DNA of 60,648 bases from Eubacteriales bacterium (GTDB taxonomy: Bacteria > Bacillota > Clostridia > Oscillospirales > UBA644): positions 1 to 60,648 of the forward strand of contig JAZSCR010000173.1 in assembly GCA_045530715.1 (NCBI GenBank), given 5' to 3'. Both the position numbers and the translations under genes were made by a program. A model generated the notes under the pieces. The model saw only the letters and a list, made by a program, of their open reading frames with translations. It was not told the origin of the DNA and did no database searches. Positions 9,124-17,809 of the stretch are shown piece by piece. How positions within the stretch are numbered: position 1 is the stretch's first letter; each line of letters begins with the position of its first letter.

Positions 9124-10152
9124 ATGATTGAAGCAAAGTCTTTGACAAAACGCTTCGGAAAGAAAACGGCGGTTGACGATATATCCTTTACCATAAACCG
9201 TGGTGAAATAGTTGGACTTCTGGGCCCTAACGGCGCGGGAAAATCCACCACTATGAGCATGATTACCGGATATTTGTCATCTACGGCGGGCACAGTTACT
9301 GTTGGAGGGTACGATATCCTTGAACAGCCCGAAAAGGCAAAGGCTCTTATCGGCTATCTCCCTGAAATTCCCCCGCTGTATACGGATATGACCGTAAAGG
9401 AATATCTTAATTTCGTTTACGATTTGAAGAAGTGCAAACTGAATAGAAAAAGACATCTTGCCGAGATCTGCGACGTAGTAAAAATTACCGACGTTTACGG
9501 CAGACTCATAAAGAACCTCTCCAAGGGCTACCGACAGAGAGTGGGACTTGCCCAGGCACTTATAGGTGACCCCCAGGTACTGATTCTTGACGAGCCTACC
9601 GTAGGCCTTGACCCCAAGGAAATAGTTGAAATACGCAATCTTATAAAGCGTCTCGGTACCCAGCGCACAGTAATCCTGTCTTCCCACATTCTGTCGGAGG
9701 TTCAGGCTGTGTGCGAGCGAGTTATCATAATGAACAGTGGCGTAATAGTAATGGATGCTCTTACAGAGGACCTTGCTATGGCGGTAGGCAAATATAACCG
9801 CTACGGTATAAGACTTGCAGCCCCCGAAAATGAAGTGGTTCCCGTACTCAGCCGTCTCCCCGGAGTTAAAAAGGTTGAATACGTTGGCTCCTTTGAAAAG
9901 GGCACTGTTGATATTATTCTCGAATCGGATAAAAAGGTGGATATTCGAAAGATACTCTTCGAAGAATGTGCAAAGAGAAATTGGTACATTCTTATGATAA
10001 CGCCTCTCGGACTTTCTCTCGAGGATATATTCATTCAGCTTACTTCAAAGCAGGATGAAATTCAGCGCCTGCAGGGTGAGGCTGATGCTTCCGCCACTGA
10101 CTCTCAGCCTTCCGTTGAGGTTATTGAAACTGAAGAAGGAGGGAATGAGTAA
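9124..10152 (+). CDS. ABC transporter ATP-binding protein (ABC-2/GldA-like) with an acidic C-terminal extension
   Basis: Walker A GPNGAGKST, signature LSKGYRQR and Walker B LILDEPT, plus a C-terminal extension of about 100 aa. Confidence 0.9.
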   Translation: MIEAKSLTKRFGKKTAVDDISFTINRGEIVGLLGPNGAGKSTTMSMITGYLSSTAGTVTVGGYDILEQPEKAKALIGYLPEIPPLYTDMTVKEYLNFVYDLKKCKLNRKRHLAEICDVVKITDVYGRLIKNLSKGYRQRVGLAQALIGDPQVLILDEPTVGLDPKEIVEIRNLIKRLGTQRTVILSSHILSEVQAVCERVIIMNSGVIVMDALTEDLAMAVGKYNRYGIRLAAPENEVVPVLSRLPGVKKVEYVGSFEKGTVDIILESDKKVDIRKILFEECAKRNWYILMITPLGLSLEDIFIQLTSKQDEIQRLQGEADASATDSQPSVEVIETEEGGNE

Positions 10153-10856
10153 TGTGGGCAGTTGCTAAAAGAGAGTATATCTCCTTTTTCAAAAATCCTA
10201 TAGGATATTTTCTTCTTGCAATTTACGGAGTGCTTTCAGCCATAGTGTTTTCTCTTTTCGTTTTATGGAAAAACACAAGCTACCTGGGTGAATATTTTGG
10301 TTTTTATCTTATTTTTGTGGATATTGCCGTTATTTCCGTTATGGCAATGAGATTTTTCTCCGAGGATAAAAAGCTTAAAACCGAGCAACTTTTGCTTACG
10401 GTTCCCACCTCGGTTCCCAAACTGGTAATGGGCAGATTCATAGGTGCTATGTCGGTTTTCTGGACAGCAAGCCTTATTAATCTCATATATATCGTAGTCG
10501 TTGATATTTTCGGTAATCTCGATTACGGCGCTTTGTTTACCAACTTTGTGGGCTCAATTCTTCTTACGGGAACTATGATGGCCATTGCAATATTTATTTC
10601 GGCCGTTACCGAAAGCCCCATAGCTTCTGCAGCAGGTACCCTTGCCACATTGTTCGGTCTTATGGTTATAGACTTTTTTGCTATGTTTATGCCAAGCTGG
10701 CTGGGCAAAATACTGATGAAGCTTACAATTTACTCTTATTACGACGATTTTACAAACGGTATACTGAACCTGGTTCCCATAGTGTACTATATCAGTATTA
10801 CGGCAGTAATGCTGTTCCTGACCGTGCGTATGATAGAAAAACGCCGTTGGAGCTGA
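10152..10856 (+). CDS. ABC-2 type permease (GldF-like)
   Basis: A 234-aa polytopic hydrophobic protein. Its start overlaps the ATPase stop (TAATG). Confidence 0.75.
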   Translation: MWAVAKREYISFFKNPIGYFLLAIYGVLSAIVFSLFVLWKNTSYLGEYFGFYLIFVDIAVISVMAMRFFSEDKKLKTEQLLLTVPTSVPKLVMGRFIGAMSVFWTASLINLIYIVVVDIFGNLDYGALFTNFVGSILLTGTMMAIAIFISAVTESPIASAAGTLATLFGLMVIDFFAMFMPSWLGKILMKLTIYSYYDDFTNGILNLVPIVYYISITAVMLFLTVRMIEKRRWS

Positions 10857-10869
10857 GGAGGTGACGGAT

Positions 10870-12435
10870 ATGCAAGAACCCGCAAAACTCACAGCTGCAA
10901 AGACTGTAGAGAATAAGCAACCAAAGAAAAATAAAATATCCGTCCGCAAGCTTAAGTACGGAACTCTTGCCACAGTTATGACGGCGGTATTCGTTGCCGT
11001 TGCCATTCTTGTAAACGTGGTAGTCGGCCTTGCGGCGGAAAAGATAGATCTTACCGTGGATTATACCGAAGAGCAGGTATATACCCTCTGTGAAGAGACT
11101 CTTGCGTTTTTGCAGGAGATGCCTTCCACCGCAGAAATAATAATATTGGGTGATGAAACCGATTTTAGGTCACAGGTTTCAAATGGAAATTCCATTTCTC
11201 CCTATCAGTTTATAGTTCAGACCTCTGACAATTACGCTCGCGCATCGGAAAAGATAACCGTGCATTACGTTGACCCCACGTATAATCCCGCCTTCTTTTC
11301 AAGTAGAGGAATCACCATAGATACCTCGTCGGGCTCATCCGTGTTTATGGTTATTTACTGTCCCGAAACGCAGCGCAACCGTCAGATATACGACAATATA
11401 TTCGACGACCTTCAGTACGTAGGTCTTGAAAGGCGAATGACAGGTGGCCTTTTGTATACCACAAAGGCGGATATACAGACAATAGCCGTGGTTACAGGAC
11501 ACGGGGAACAGCTTCCCGCCCAGTTCCAGACTCTGATGAAGGATAACGGCTTTGACGTAAAGACGATAAACCTTGCCGACCACGAATATATACCCGATAT
11601 AGTAGATATCCTTCTTATCATTAATCCCACCAGAACCTACAACACCGCCGATATTGAAAAGATAGATACCTTCTTGAGCAATGGCGAGCTTCTCGGTAAG
11701 CATCTTATGGTGTTTAGCGATCTTGATGCAGGGACAAACCCCTTGCTGTACGAGTATTTAAGGGAATGGGGCATTGAATTTGGCACCGAGGCCATATTTG
11801 ATACACAGCACAGCTATCATATATCCAATGCCTACGAGCCCTTCTTGAGGCTTACCTATGAAAAGGACGCATTGTTCTCCACTTTGCTTGAAGGTGAATA
11901 TTACCTTGACGTTCATTTGGGTAAGGCAAGAGCCGTAAACGCCTTGTTTGAAGCGGAAGACGGAATTGAAACCTATACTCTTGTAAAAACCTTTGATTCG
12001 GCTTTCAGCAGATTTATCGCAAACACCAATATCTCTGCAAGTGAATACGGCAATATTAAAAAGAAGGATACCGATACAGACGGCCCCTTCACCGTAATGC
12101 TCCTTTCCGCAAAGGCGAGATTTGAGGGTACGGACAGAATATCCTCCAACGTAATCGCATGCGGTTCCACATCCTTTATGGACGACTACTATCTTTCCAA
12201 CGTGGACGGCTCAAAACAGACCACATCCGAAAGTATGGTTGAGCTGGTTAAGTATCTGGTGTCCGCTACAGAGGATATTGATACCTCAATTCTTCCCAAG
12301 AGTTTGATTGCGGATTTTCTTAACTTTACTACCACTTACGAGGTAGTTCTGGTATTCCTCGGATTGACCTTCGGAGTTCCCGCTATTTTTGCCGTAATAG
12401 GTATAATCGTATACAGAAGGCGGAAATTCTTATGA
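10870..12435 (+). CDS. GldG-like ABC-transport auxiliary protein, a large extracytoplasmic domain between N- and C-terminal TM helices
   Basis: About 520 aa, with TM helices at both ends (TLATVMTAVFVAVAILV and VVLVFLGLTFGVPAIFAVIGIIV). Architecture and context match the GldG/ABC_transp_aux family. I prefer the ATG at 10870 (GAGGAG 9 nt upstream) over the GTG at 10861. Confidence 0.65.
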   Translation: MQEPAKLTAAKTVENKQPKKNKISVRKLKYGTLATVMTAVFVAVAILVNVVVGLAAEKIDLTVDYTEEQVYTLCEETLAFLQEMPSTAEIIILGDETDFRSQVSNGNSISPYQFIVQTSDNYARASEKITVHYVDPTYNPAFFSSRGITIDTSSGSSVFMVIYCPETQRNRQIYDNIFDDLQYVGLERRMTGGLLYTTKADIQTIAVVTGHGEQLPAQFQTLMKDNGFDVKTINLADHEYIPDIVDILLIINPTRTYNTADIEKIDTFLSNGELLGKHLMVFSDLDAGTNPLLYEYLREWGIEFGTEAIFDTQHSYHISNAYEPFLRLTYEKDALFSTLLEGEYYLDVHLGKARAVNALFEAEDGIETYTLVKTFDSAFSRFIANTNISASEYGNIKKKDTDTDGPFTVMLLSAKARFEGTDRISSNVIACGSTSFMDDYYLSNVDGSKQTTSESMVELVKYLVSATEDIDTSILPKSLIADFLNFTTTYEVVLVFLGLTFGVPAIFAVIGIIVYRRRKFL

Positions 12436-13919
12436 CGAAATCAAAAATTATCGGAATGGTGGTAGGCCTTCTTGTGGTGATCGGCCTTGTGGGAGCAATG
12501 TGGTATATAAGCTCCCTTGAGGACCTTCCCCAAGAACCCGACCCCGATACTCAAATAGATAACACTCACAATGATGAGAAAAACGTTATCTTCTCCTGTG
12601 ATGTTGCTGATTTGGATTCTTTAAGTATAAAGAATGAGCACGCCGAATATTCCGTTAAACGTAAGGGTGACGGAACGGTTTATATAGTAGGGAAGGAGAA
12701 CGCTCCTTTGTTTCCCTATTCTTCTGCGGCGCTGTTTGAAAGTGTTAAGAAGATAACCTGCACCCTAAATATTGAAAACGGGACGGAGAATCTTGCCGCA
12801 TACGGCCTTGATGATCCTTCGGCTACCGTTACTGTCAACCTTAAGGACGGCAGAACGACCCTTTTCCATATAGGTAACGCCGAACCTACTGCAACCGGCT
12901 ATTATATTTGTATGGACGGAAGTAAGGACGTGTATCTGGTCAACACCTTATACGCGGAAAGATTTCTTAACGCTCCTGCAAATCTTTACGATAAAGGTAT
13001 AGCGGAATATTTCGCAGATGGGGAATTTGAATCCCTAAGCATTGATTATCACGAAGGTGACGACATCTTCATTCGAACTACAAATGCAGAAGAAAATACC
13101 CTCATTCAGTTTATAACCGGATATGCAATCGAAGCCCCCTTCTATTTTTCTGCGGATTCCGATACAATGCAGACTGTAATCGACTCTCTGCGTTCATTGG
13201 AGGCCGTAAGAGTGGTTTCAGATACCGTAAATGAGGATACACTTTCCTCCTACGGATTTGATTCTGCTGTGAAGGTTGCTCTTAAAGCTAACGTGAATAC
13301 CACGTCCCCCACGCTTGAATCGGGACTTGAAAATCCTTTCTATAAGGCTACAATGGACGGCAGTCCTTACCCCATAACCTTGACTTATCTTGTGGGTGGC
13401 AGTTCGGAGCAAGAGATATACGTTATGTATAACGATGCCCAGGTTATTTACGCTGTATATAAATCTTCTTTTGAATTTGTTCAGTTCCCCCTTTATCAGT
13501 ACTGTCAGAAGCTGGTAAGTATAGAATATATTACCAACCTTGAAAGCCTGAAGGTGGAATTTGACGGTAAAGAATACCTTTTCACCGTTATCGACCCCGA
13601 TGCGGGAGAGGATATGATTGTTACCTATGGTGAAGAGTATCTTGACCAGGATCTTTTCCGAAGCTTCTATAAGAGTATAATCAGCGTTACCCATAACGGT
13701 ATCGAGCCTCGGCCAAACACCGAGCCCGCCATGAGGATAACCTACGGGCTGATTAAGGGAGAGGACATTATCCTTGAGTTCCTGCCCTGCGAGGACAGCG
13801 ACAGAAAGGTGTTCATATCCGTTAACGGAGAAGGACAGTTCGTCTGCTACAGAACTAAGGTCGACAAGATAAAGAACGACCTTCAAAAGCTGTTAAACGG
13901 CGAAGAAATTATTGGCTAA
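12432..13919 (+). CDS. DUF4340-like membrane-anchored protein of unknown function
   Basis: A 495-aa ORF with a single N-terminal TM helix. Its start overlaps the upstream stop (ATGA). The family call comes from its usual pairing with GldG-like genes, not from a search. Confidence 0.55.
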   Translation: MTKSKIIGMVVGLLVVIGLVGAMWYISSLEDLPQEPDPDTQIDNTHNDEKNVIFSCDVADLDSLSIKNEHAEYSVKRKGDGTVYIVGKENAPLFPYSSAALFESVKKITCTLNIENGTENLAAYGLDDPSATVTVNLKDGRTTLFHIGNAEPTATGYYICMDGSKDVYLVNTLYAERFLNAPANLYDKGIAEYFADGEFESLSIDYHEGDDIFIRTTNAEENTLIQFITGYAIEAPFYFSADSDTMQTVIDSLRSLEAVRVVSDTVNEDTLSSYGFDSAVKVALKANVNTTSPTLESGLENPFYKATMDGSPYPITLTYLVGGSSEQEIYVMYNDAQVIYAVYKSSFEFVQFPLYQYCQKLVSIEYITNLESLKVEFDGKEYLFTVIDPDAGEDMIVTYGEEYLDQDLFRSFYKSIISVTHNGIEPRPNTEPAMRITYGLIKGEDIILEFLPCEDSDRKVFISVNGEGQFVCYRTKVDKIKNDLQKLLNGEEIIG

Positions 13920-14053
13920 CTTTTTTTAGTGTCTACCGAAAGGTAGTTTAGATATGACGACAGCGCATCCCCGCTACGCTGCCGTTGGGTATTAATAGGG
14001 GAGAAAGGACGATCCTTAACAGTTTTTATTCAGTATAAGGATCAGGATGAGAA

Positions 14054-15964
14054 ATGAGTATAAAAGTTACACTTAAAGACGGCAATATTATTGAAGCAGA
14101 GGCCGGCAGCTCTGCATTTGCCATTGCAAGACAGGTATCTCCCGAACTGGCAAAGAACAGCCTTGTTTGCGAAATAAACGGAAAGATGAGCGATCTTTCC
14201 TCTCCCGTAACCGAGGACTGCACTATTAACTATTTTTCTTTTGACGATCCCGAGGGTAAGAAGGCCTTCTGGCACACCTCTGCCCACGTTCTCGCCCAGG
14301 CAGTAAAGCATCTCTATCCTTCTGCACAGCTTACCATAGGTCCTGCTATTGAGAACGGTTTTTATTATGACATAGATACAGACGTAACCTTCACTCCCGA
14401 AGTTCTTGAAAAGATCGAAGCAGAGATGAAGAAGATAATCAAGACCGGCCTTAAGCTTGAAAGATTCGTTCTTCCCAAGGCCGAGGCTCTTGAGCTTATG
14501 AAAGACAACCCCTATAAGGTAGAGCTTATCAGCGAGCTTCCCGAAGGCGAAGAAATCTCCTTCTACAGGCAGGGCGACTTTACCGACCTTTGCGCAGGTC
14601 CCCACCTCTTTGATATTTCCAAGATAAAGGCCGTAAAGGTTACCCAGTGTACCGGCGCTTACTGGAGAGCAGATGCTAAAAATAAGGTTCTCCAGAGAGT
14701 ATACGGTATTTCCTTCCCCAAGGCCGCAGACCTTGAAGCGTATCTTATTGCTCTTGAAGAAGCTAAGAAGAGAGACCATCGCCGTATAGGTAAGGATCTC
14801 GGTCTGTTCATGTTTACCGATGAAGGCCCCGGCTTCCCCTTCTTCCTGCCCAAGGGTATGACTCTCCGCAACACCCTTATCGACTACTGGCGCGAAGTAC
14901 ATAAGCGTTATGGATACGTTGAAATCTCCACTCCTATGATGCTTAACCGTCAGCTTTGGGAAAGATCCGGACATTGGGATCACTACAAAGACAATATGTA
15001 TACTACCGTTATCGACGAAACCGATTTCGCCGTTAAGCCCATGAACTGTCCCGGCGGTATGCTCGTATATAAGAACGAACCCAAGTCCTACCGTGACCTT
15101 CCTCTCCGTGCAGGCGAGCTTGGTCTTGTTCACAGACACGAACTTTCCGGTGCTCTCCACGGCCTTTTCCGTGTTCGTTGCTTCACTCAGGACGATGCCC
15201 ATATCTTTATGACCTGGGATCAGATGAAGGAGGAGGTCAAGAACGTAGTTAAGCTCTTTGACGAGGTATATTCCGTATTTGGCCTCAGCTATCAGATAGA
15301 AGTTTCCACCATGCCCGAGGACCATATGGGTGATGAAAAGGATTGGGATTTTGCTACCGAAACCCTTAAGGAAGCTGTTTCGGAAATGGGTAAGGACTAC
15401 ATTATCAACGAAGGCGACGGCGCTTTCTACGGCCCCAAGCTCGACTTCCATATTGCAGACTCCATCGGACGTACCTGGCAGTGCGGTACCATTCAGCTTG
15501 ATATGCAGCTTCCCGAAAGATTTGAGCTTGAATATACCGGTGAAGACGGCCAGAAGCACCGTCCCGTAATGATTCACAGAGTTGTTCTCGGCTCTATCGA
15601 AAGATTTATCGGTGTTATTACCGAGCACTTTGCAGGCGCTTACCCCGTATGGCTTACCCCCGTACAGGTTAAGGTTCTTCCCATAAGCGAAAAGGTTATG
15701 GCCTATGCAAAGACTGTAAACGAAAAGCTCAACGCCGCAGGTATCCGTTGCGAACTCGACCAGAGAAGCGAAAAGATAGGATACAAGATTCGTGAAGCAC
15801 AGCTTCAGAAGATTCCTTACATGGTTATCGTAGGTGAAAAGGAAGCCGAGGAAGGCACCATTTCCGTAAGAAACCGCAAGGAAGGCGACAAGGGCTCTCT
15901 TGCTCTCGACGCGTTTATCGAAGAAATCAAGAACGTTATCGCAACCAAGAGCCTTGAGTTCTAA
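14054..15964 (+). CDS. thrS: Threonine--tRNA ligase
   Basis: A 636-aa ORF with a TGS-like N-terminus, an editing domain (HTSAHVLAQA), a class II core (FRVRCFTQDDAHIF) and an anticodon-binding C-terminus. Confidence 0.93.
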   Translation: MSIKVTLKDGNIIEAEAGSSAFAIARQVSPELAKNSLVCEINGKMSDLSSPVTEDCTINYFSFDDPEGKKAFWHTSAHVLAQAVKHLYPSAQLTIGPAIENGFYYDIDTDVTFTPEVLEKIEAEMKKIIKTGLKLERFVLPKAEALELMKDNPYKVELISELPEGEEISFYRQGDFTDLCAGPHLFDISKIKAVKVTQCTGAYWRADAKNKVLQRVYGISFPKAADLEAYLIALEEAKKRDHRRIGKDLGLFMFTDEGPGFPFFLPKGMTLRNTLIDYWREVHKRYGYVEISTPMMLNRQLWERSGHWDHYKDNMYTTVIDETDFAVKPMNCPGGMLVYKNEPKSYRDLPLRAGELGLVHRHELSGALHGLFRVRCFTQDDAHIFMTWDQMKEEVKNVVKLFDEVYSVFGLSYQIEVSTMPEDHMGDEKDWDFATETLKEAVSEMGKDYIINEGDGAFYGPKLDFHIADSIGRTWQCGTIQLDMQLPERFELEYTGEDGQKHRPVMIHRVVLGSIERFIGVITEHFAGAYPVWLTPVQVKVLPISEKVMAYAKTVNEKLNAAGIRCELDQRSEKIGYKIREAQLQKIPYMVIVGEKEAEEGTISVRNRKEGDKGSLALDAFIEEIKNVIATKSLEF

Positions 15965-15976
15965 AAAGTAATCAAG

Positions 15977-16012
15977 AAAACGGAGAACCGATGCAAAACG
16001 GCTCTCCGTTTT
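15977..16012 (+). terminator. Rho-independent terminator after thrS
   Basis: Stem aaaacggagaaccg / cggctctccgtttt followed by a T-rich tail (ttttattt). Confidence 0.8.
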
Positions 16013-16088
16013 ATTTAATTTAACATCTCGCGAAAAGATTTGTCACAATTTTGTTTGAATGAAAAGGGCGTTTATTCCCATATACCCC

Positions 16089-16117
16089 TTGACATAAGAA
16101 GAAAAATATAGTATAAT
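16089..16117 (+). promoter_or_regulatory. Consensus SigA promoter for rpsU
   Basis: TTGACA (16089-16094), a 17-nt spacer, then TATAAT (16112-16117). It lies about 100 nt upstream of rpsU. Confidence 0.7.
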
Positions 16118-16216
16118 ATTACTGTTGTCGGAGAATATGGCAATTACCTTATGTATATATAAATATCGCGTGTATATACATACCGACAGACGATGGAGGG
16201 AGGGAATCCTTAGATC

Positions 16217-16393
16217 ATGGCAGAAATCAAAATCAAAGAAAACGAGTCGTTGGACAATGCACTCCGTCGTTTCAAGAGACAATGCGCCAGAGCCGGAGTT
16301 ATATCCGAGCTTAAGAAGAGACAGCATTATGAGAAGCCTTCTGTAAAGAGAAAGAAGAAATCTGAAGCTGCAAGAAAGCGCAAATACAAATAA
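16217..16393 (+). CDS. rpsU: 30S ribosomal protein S21 (58 aa, below the ORF-track length cutoff)
   Basis: My translation is [58 protein letters not shown]. The GGAGGGAGGG RBS is upstream. Confidence 0.9.
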   Translation: MAEIKIKENESLDNALRRFKRQCARAGVISELKKRQHYEKPSVKRKKKSEAARKRKYK

Positions 16394-16402
16394 GAAACAA
16401 AA

Positions 16403-16432
16403 AGGCTGTCGCAAATGACTTTGCGACAGCCT
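16403..16432 (+). terminator. Stem-loop after rpsU, a probable terminator without a strong U-tract
   Basis: A 12-bp perfect stem, aggctgtcgcaa / ttgcgacagcct, with a 6-nt loop. Confidence 0.55.
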
Positions 16433-16458
16433 GAACATTTATTGGAAAGGGACTTTCA

Positions 16459-16947
16459 ATGGGAAAGCCAATTATACCGACCTTTAAAGTTGAAAAATAT
16501 ACCGAAGTGACCCCCGAGTTTTTGGCTCAAAACGGAATAAAGGGAATACTTACCGACCTTGACTCTACCTTGACGGAACATGATTTTCCCGAGCCTGACG
16601 AGGAGCTTCTTCGCTGGGTAGGGGATATGAAAAACGCAGGTATTCCTATCTGTATAGTGTCAAACAATAAAATAAGACGTACGGCTCCCTTTGCCCGTAA
16701 AATCGGGGTAGGGTATCTGTGCAACTCCTGGAAGCCTCACAGACCTGCTTTGAGAATTGCTTTGGGGGTAATAGGTTGCAACAATGATAACACCGTATTT
16801 ATAGGCGACCAGCTTTATACCGATATAAAAGGTGCAGTAAAAATGGGAATGAAAAGCGTGCTTGTAAAGCCCATAGGCACAAAGACCACTCCCTATATCA
16901 GATTTAAGCGAATGCTTGAAAGAAAGCAGGGGATAGGTAATGAATAA
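16459..16947 (+). CDS. yqeG: YqeG-family HAD-IIIA phosphatase
   Basis: A 162-aa ORF with the DLDSTL HAD motif I, VSNN and GDQLYTD. Confidence 0.75.
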   Translation: MGKPIIPTFKVEKYTEVTPEFLAQNGIKGILTDLDSTLTEHDFPEPDEELLRWVGDMKNAGIPICIVSNNKIRRTAPFARKIGVGYLCNSWKPHRPALRIALGVIGCNNDNTVFIGDQLYTDIKGAVKMGMKSVLVKPIGTKTTPYIRFKRMLERKQGIGNE

Positions 16948-17809
16948 ACCTCTTTTCGGACCTGCGGGAAGCACCGACAGAATGAAGGACTTCGGTGTGA
17001 AGAAAAGCACCGATATACCTCAATATCTTAAAAATATGGGGCTTACAGCCTTTGAATATCAATGCGGTCACGGAGTTGCTATTTCATTGGAGGCGGCTTC
17101 GGTTTTTGGAGAAGCCTGTAAGAAATACGGGATAACCCCTTCCGTACACGCTCCCTATTTTATTTCCCTTTCTTCGGTTAGCGAGGAAACCAGAATAAAA
17201 AGCGTTGAGCATATACGCAAGACTGCCGCGGTTGCAAAGGCGATGGGCGGTAACAGAATAGTCGTTCACAGTGGAAGCTGCGGAAAAATGACCAGAGCAG
17301 ACGCTCTCCTTCTTGCAAAGGATACCTTGGGACTTGCAGTCAAAGCTTTGGAAGAGGACGGAACGGAAATTGTTTCAATCTGTCCCGAAACCATGGGTAA
17401 AATAAATCAGCTGGGCGACCTTGACGAGGTTATGGAGCTTTGCAAGGTAAGTGAAAGCTTCATTCCCTGTATAGACTTTGGGCACCTTAACGCCCGTACC
17501 CACGGCGGTATCGGATCAAAGGAAGACTACGCCCGAATACTTGATAAAATAGAAAATGCTCTTGGATATGACAGGCTTAAAAATATGCACTGCCATTTTT
17601 CCAAGATAGAATATAGCGAGGGCGGGGAAAAGAGGCATCTGACCTTTGAAGATACCCTTTTTGGCCCCGATTTTACCCCTCTTGCAGAGGAGATTGTCCG
17701 CAGAGGGCTTACTCCCACCCTTATATGTGAATCTGCGGGTACCCAGGACGTGGATGCCCTTAAAATGAGCGAGATTTACTCTGAATACGAAAGGAACGGA
17801 CAAAGATGA
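16940..17809 (+). CDS. Xylose-isomerase-like TIM-barrel protein, related to AP endonuclease family 2 / endonuclease IV
   Basis: A 289-aa ORF with HAPYFISL, IVVHSG and DFGHLNA metal-ligand-like motifs. Confidence 0.55.
   Translation: MNKPLFGPAGSTDRMKDFGVKKSTDIPQYLKNMGLTAFEYQCGHGVAISLEAASVFGEACKKYGITPSVHAPYFISLSSVSEETRIKSVEHIRKTAAVAKAMGGNRIVVHSGSCGKMTRADALLLAKDTLGLAVKALEEDGTEIVSICPETMGKINQLGDLDEVMELCKVSESFIPCIDFGHLNARTHGGIGSKEDYARILDKIENALGYDRLKNMHCHFSKIEYSEGGEKRHLTFEDTLFGPDFTPLAEEIVRRGLTPTLICESAGTQDVDALKMSEIYSEYERNGQR

Noticed and set aside
14042-15628. A 528-aa ORF on the minus strand opposite thrS. Similar long antisense ORFs occur at 153-1007, 7268-8677, 17776-18891, 30717-31712, 50501-51283, 58044-59333 and 59789-60559.
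   Set aside because: Each lies fully inside a confidently identified gene on the other strand. None has a recognisable motif or RBS. Their low-complexity composition (rich in G, V, K, L, F, Y, N) is typical of shadow frames produced by the strong codon bias of the real genes.
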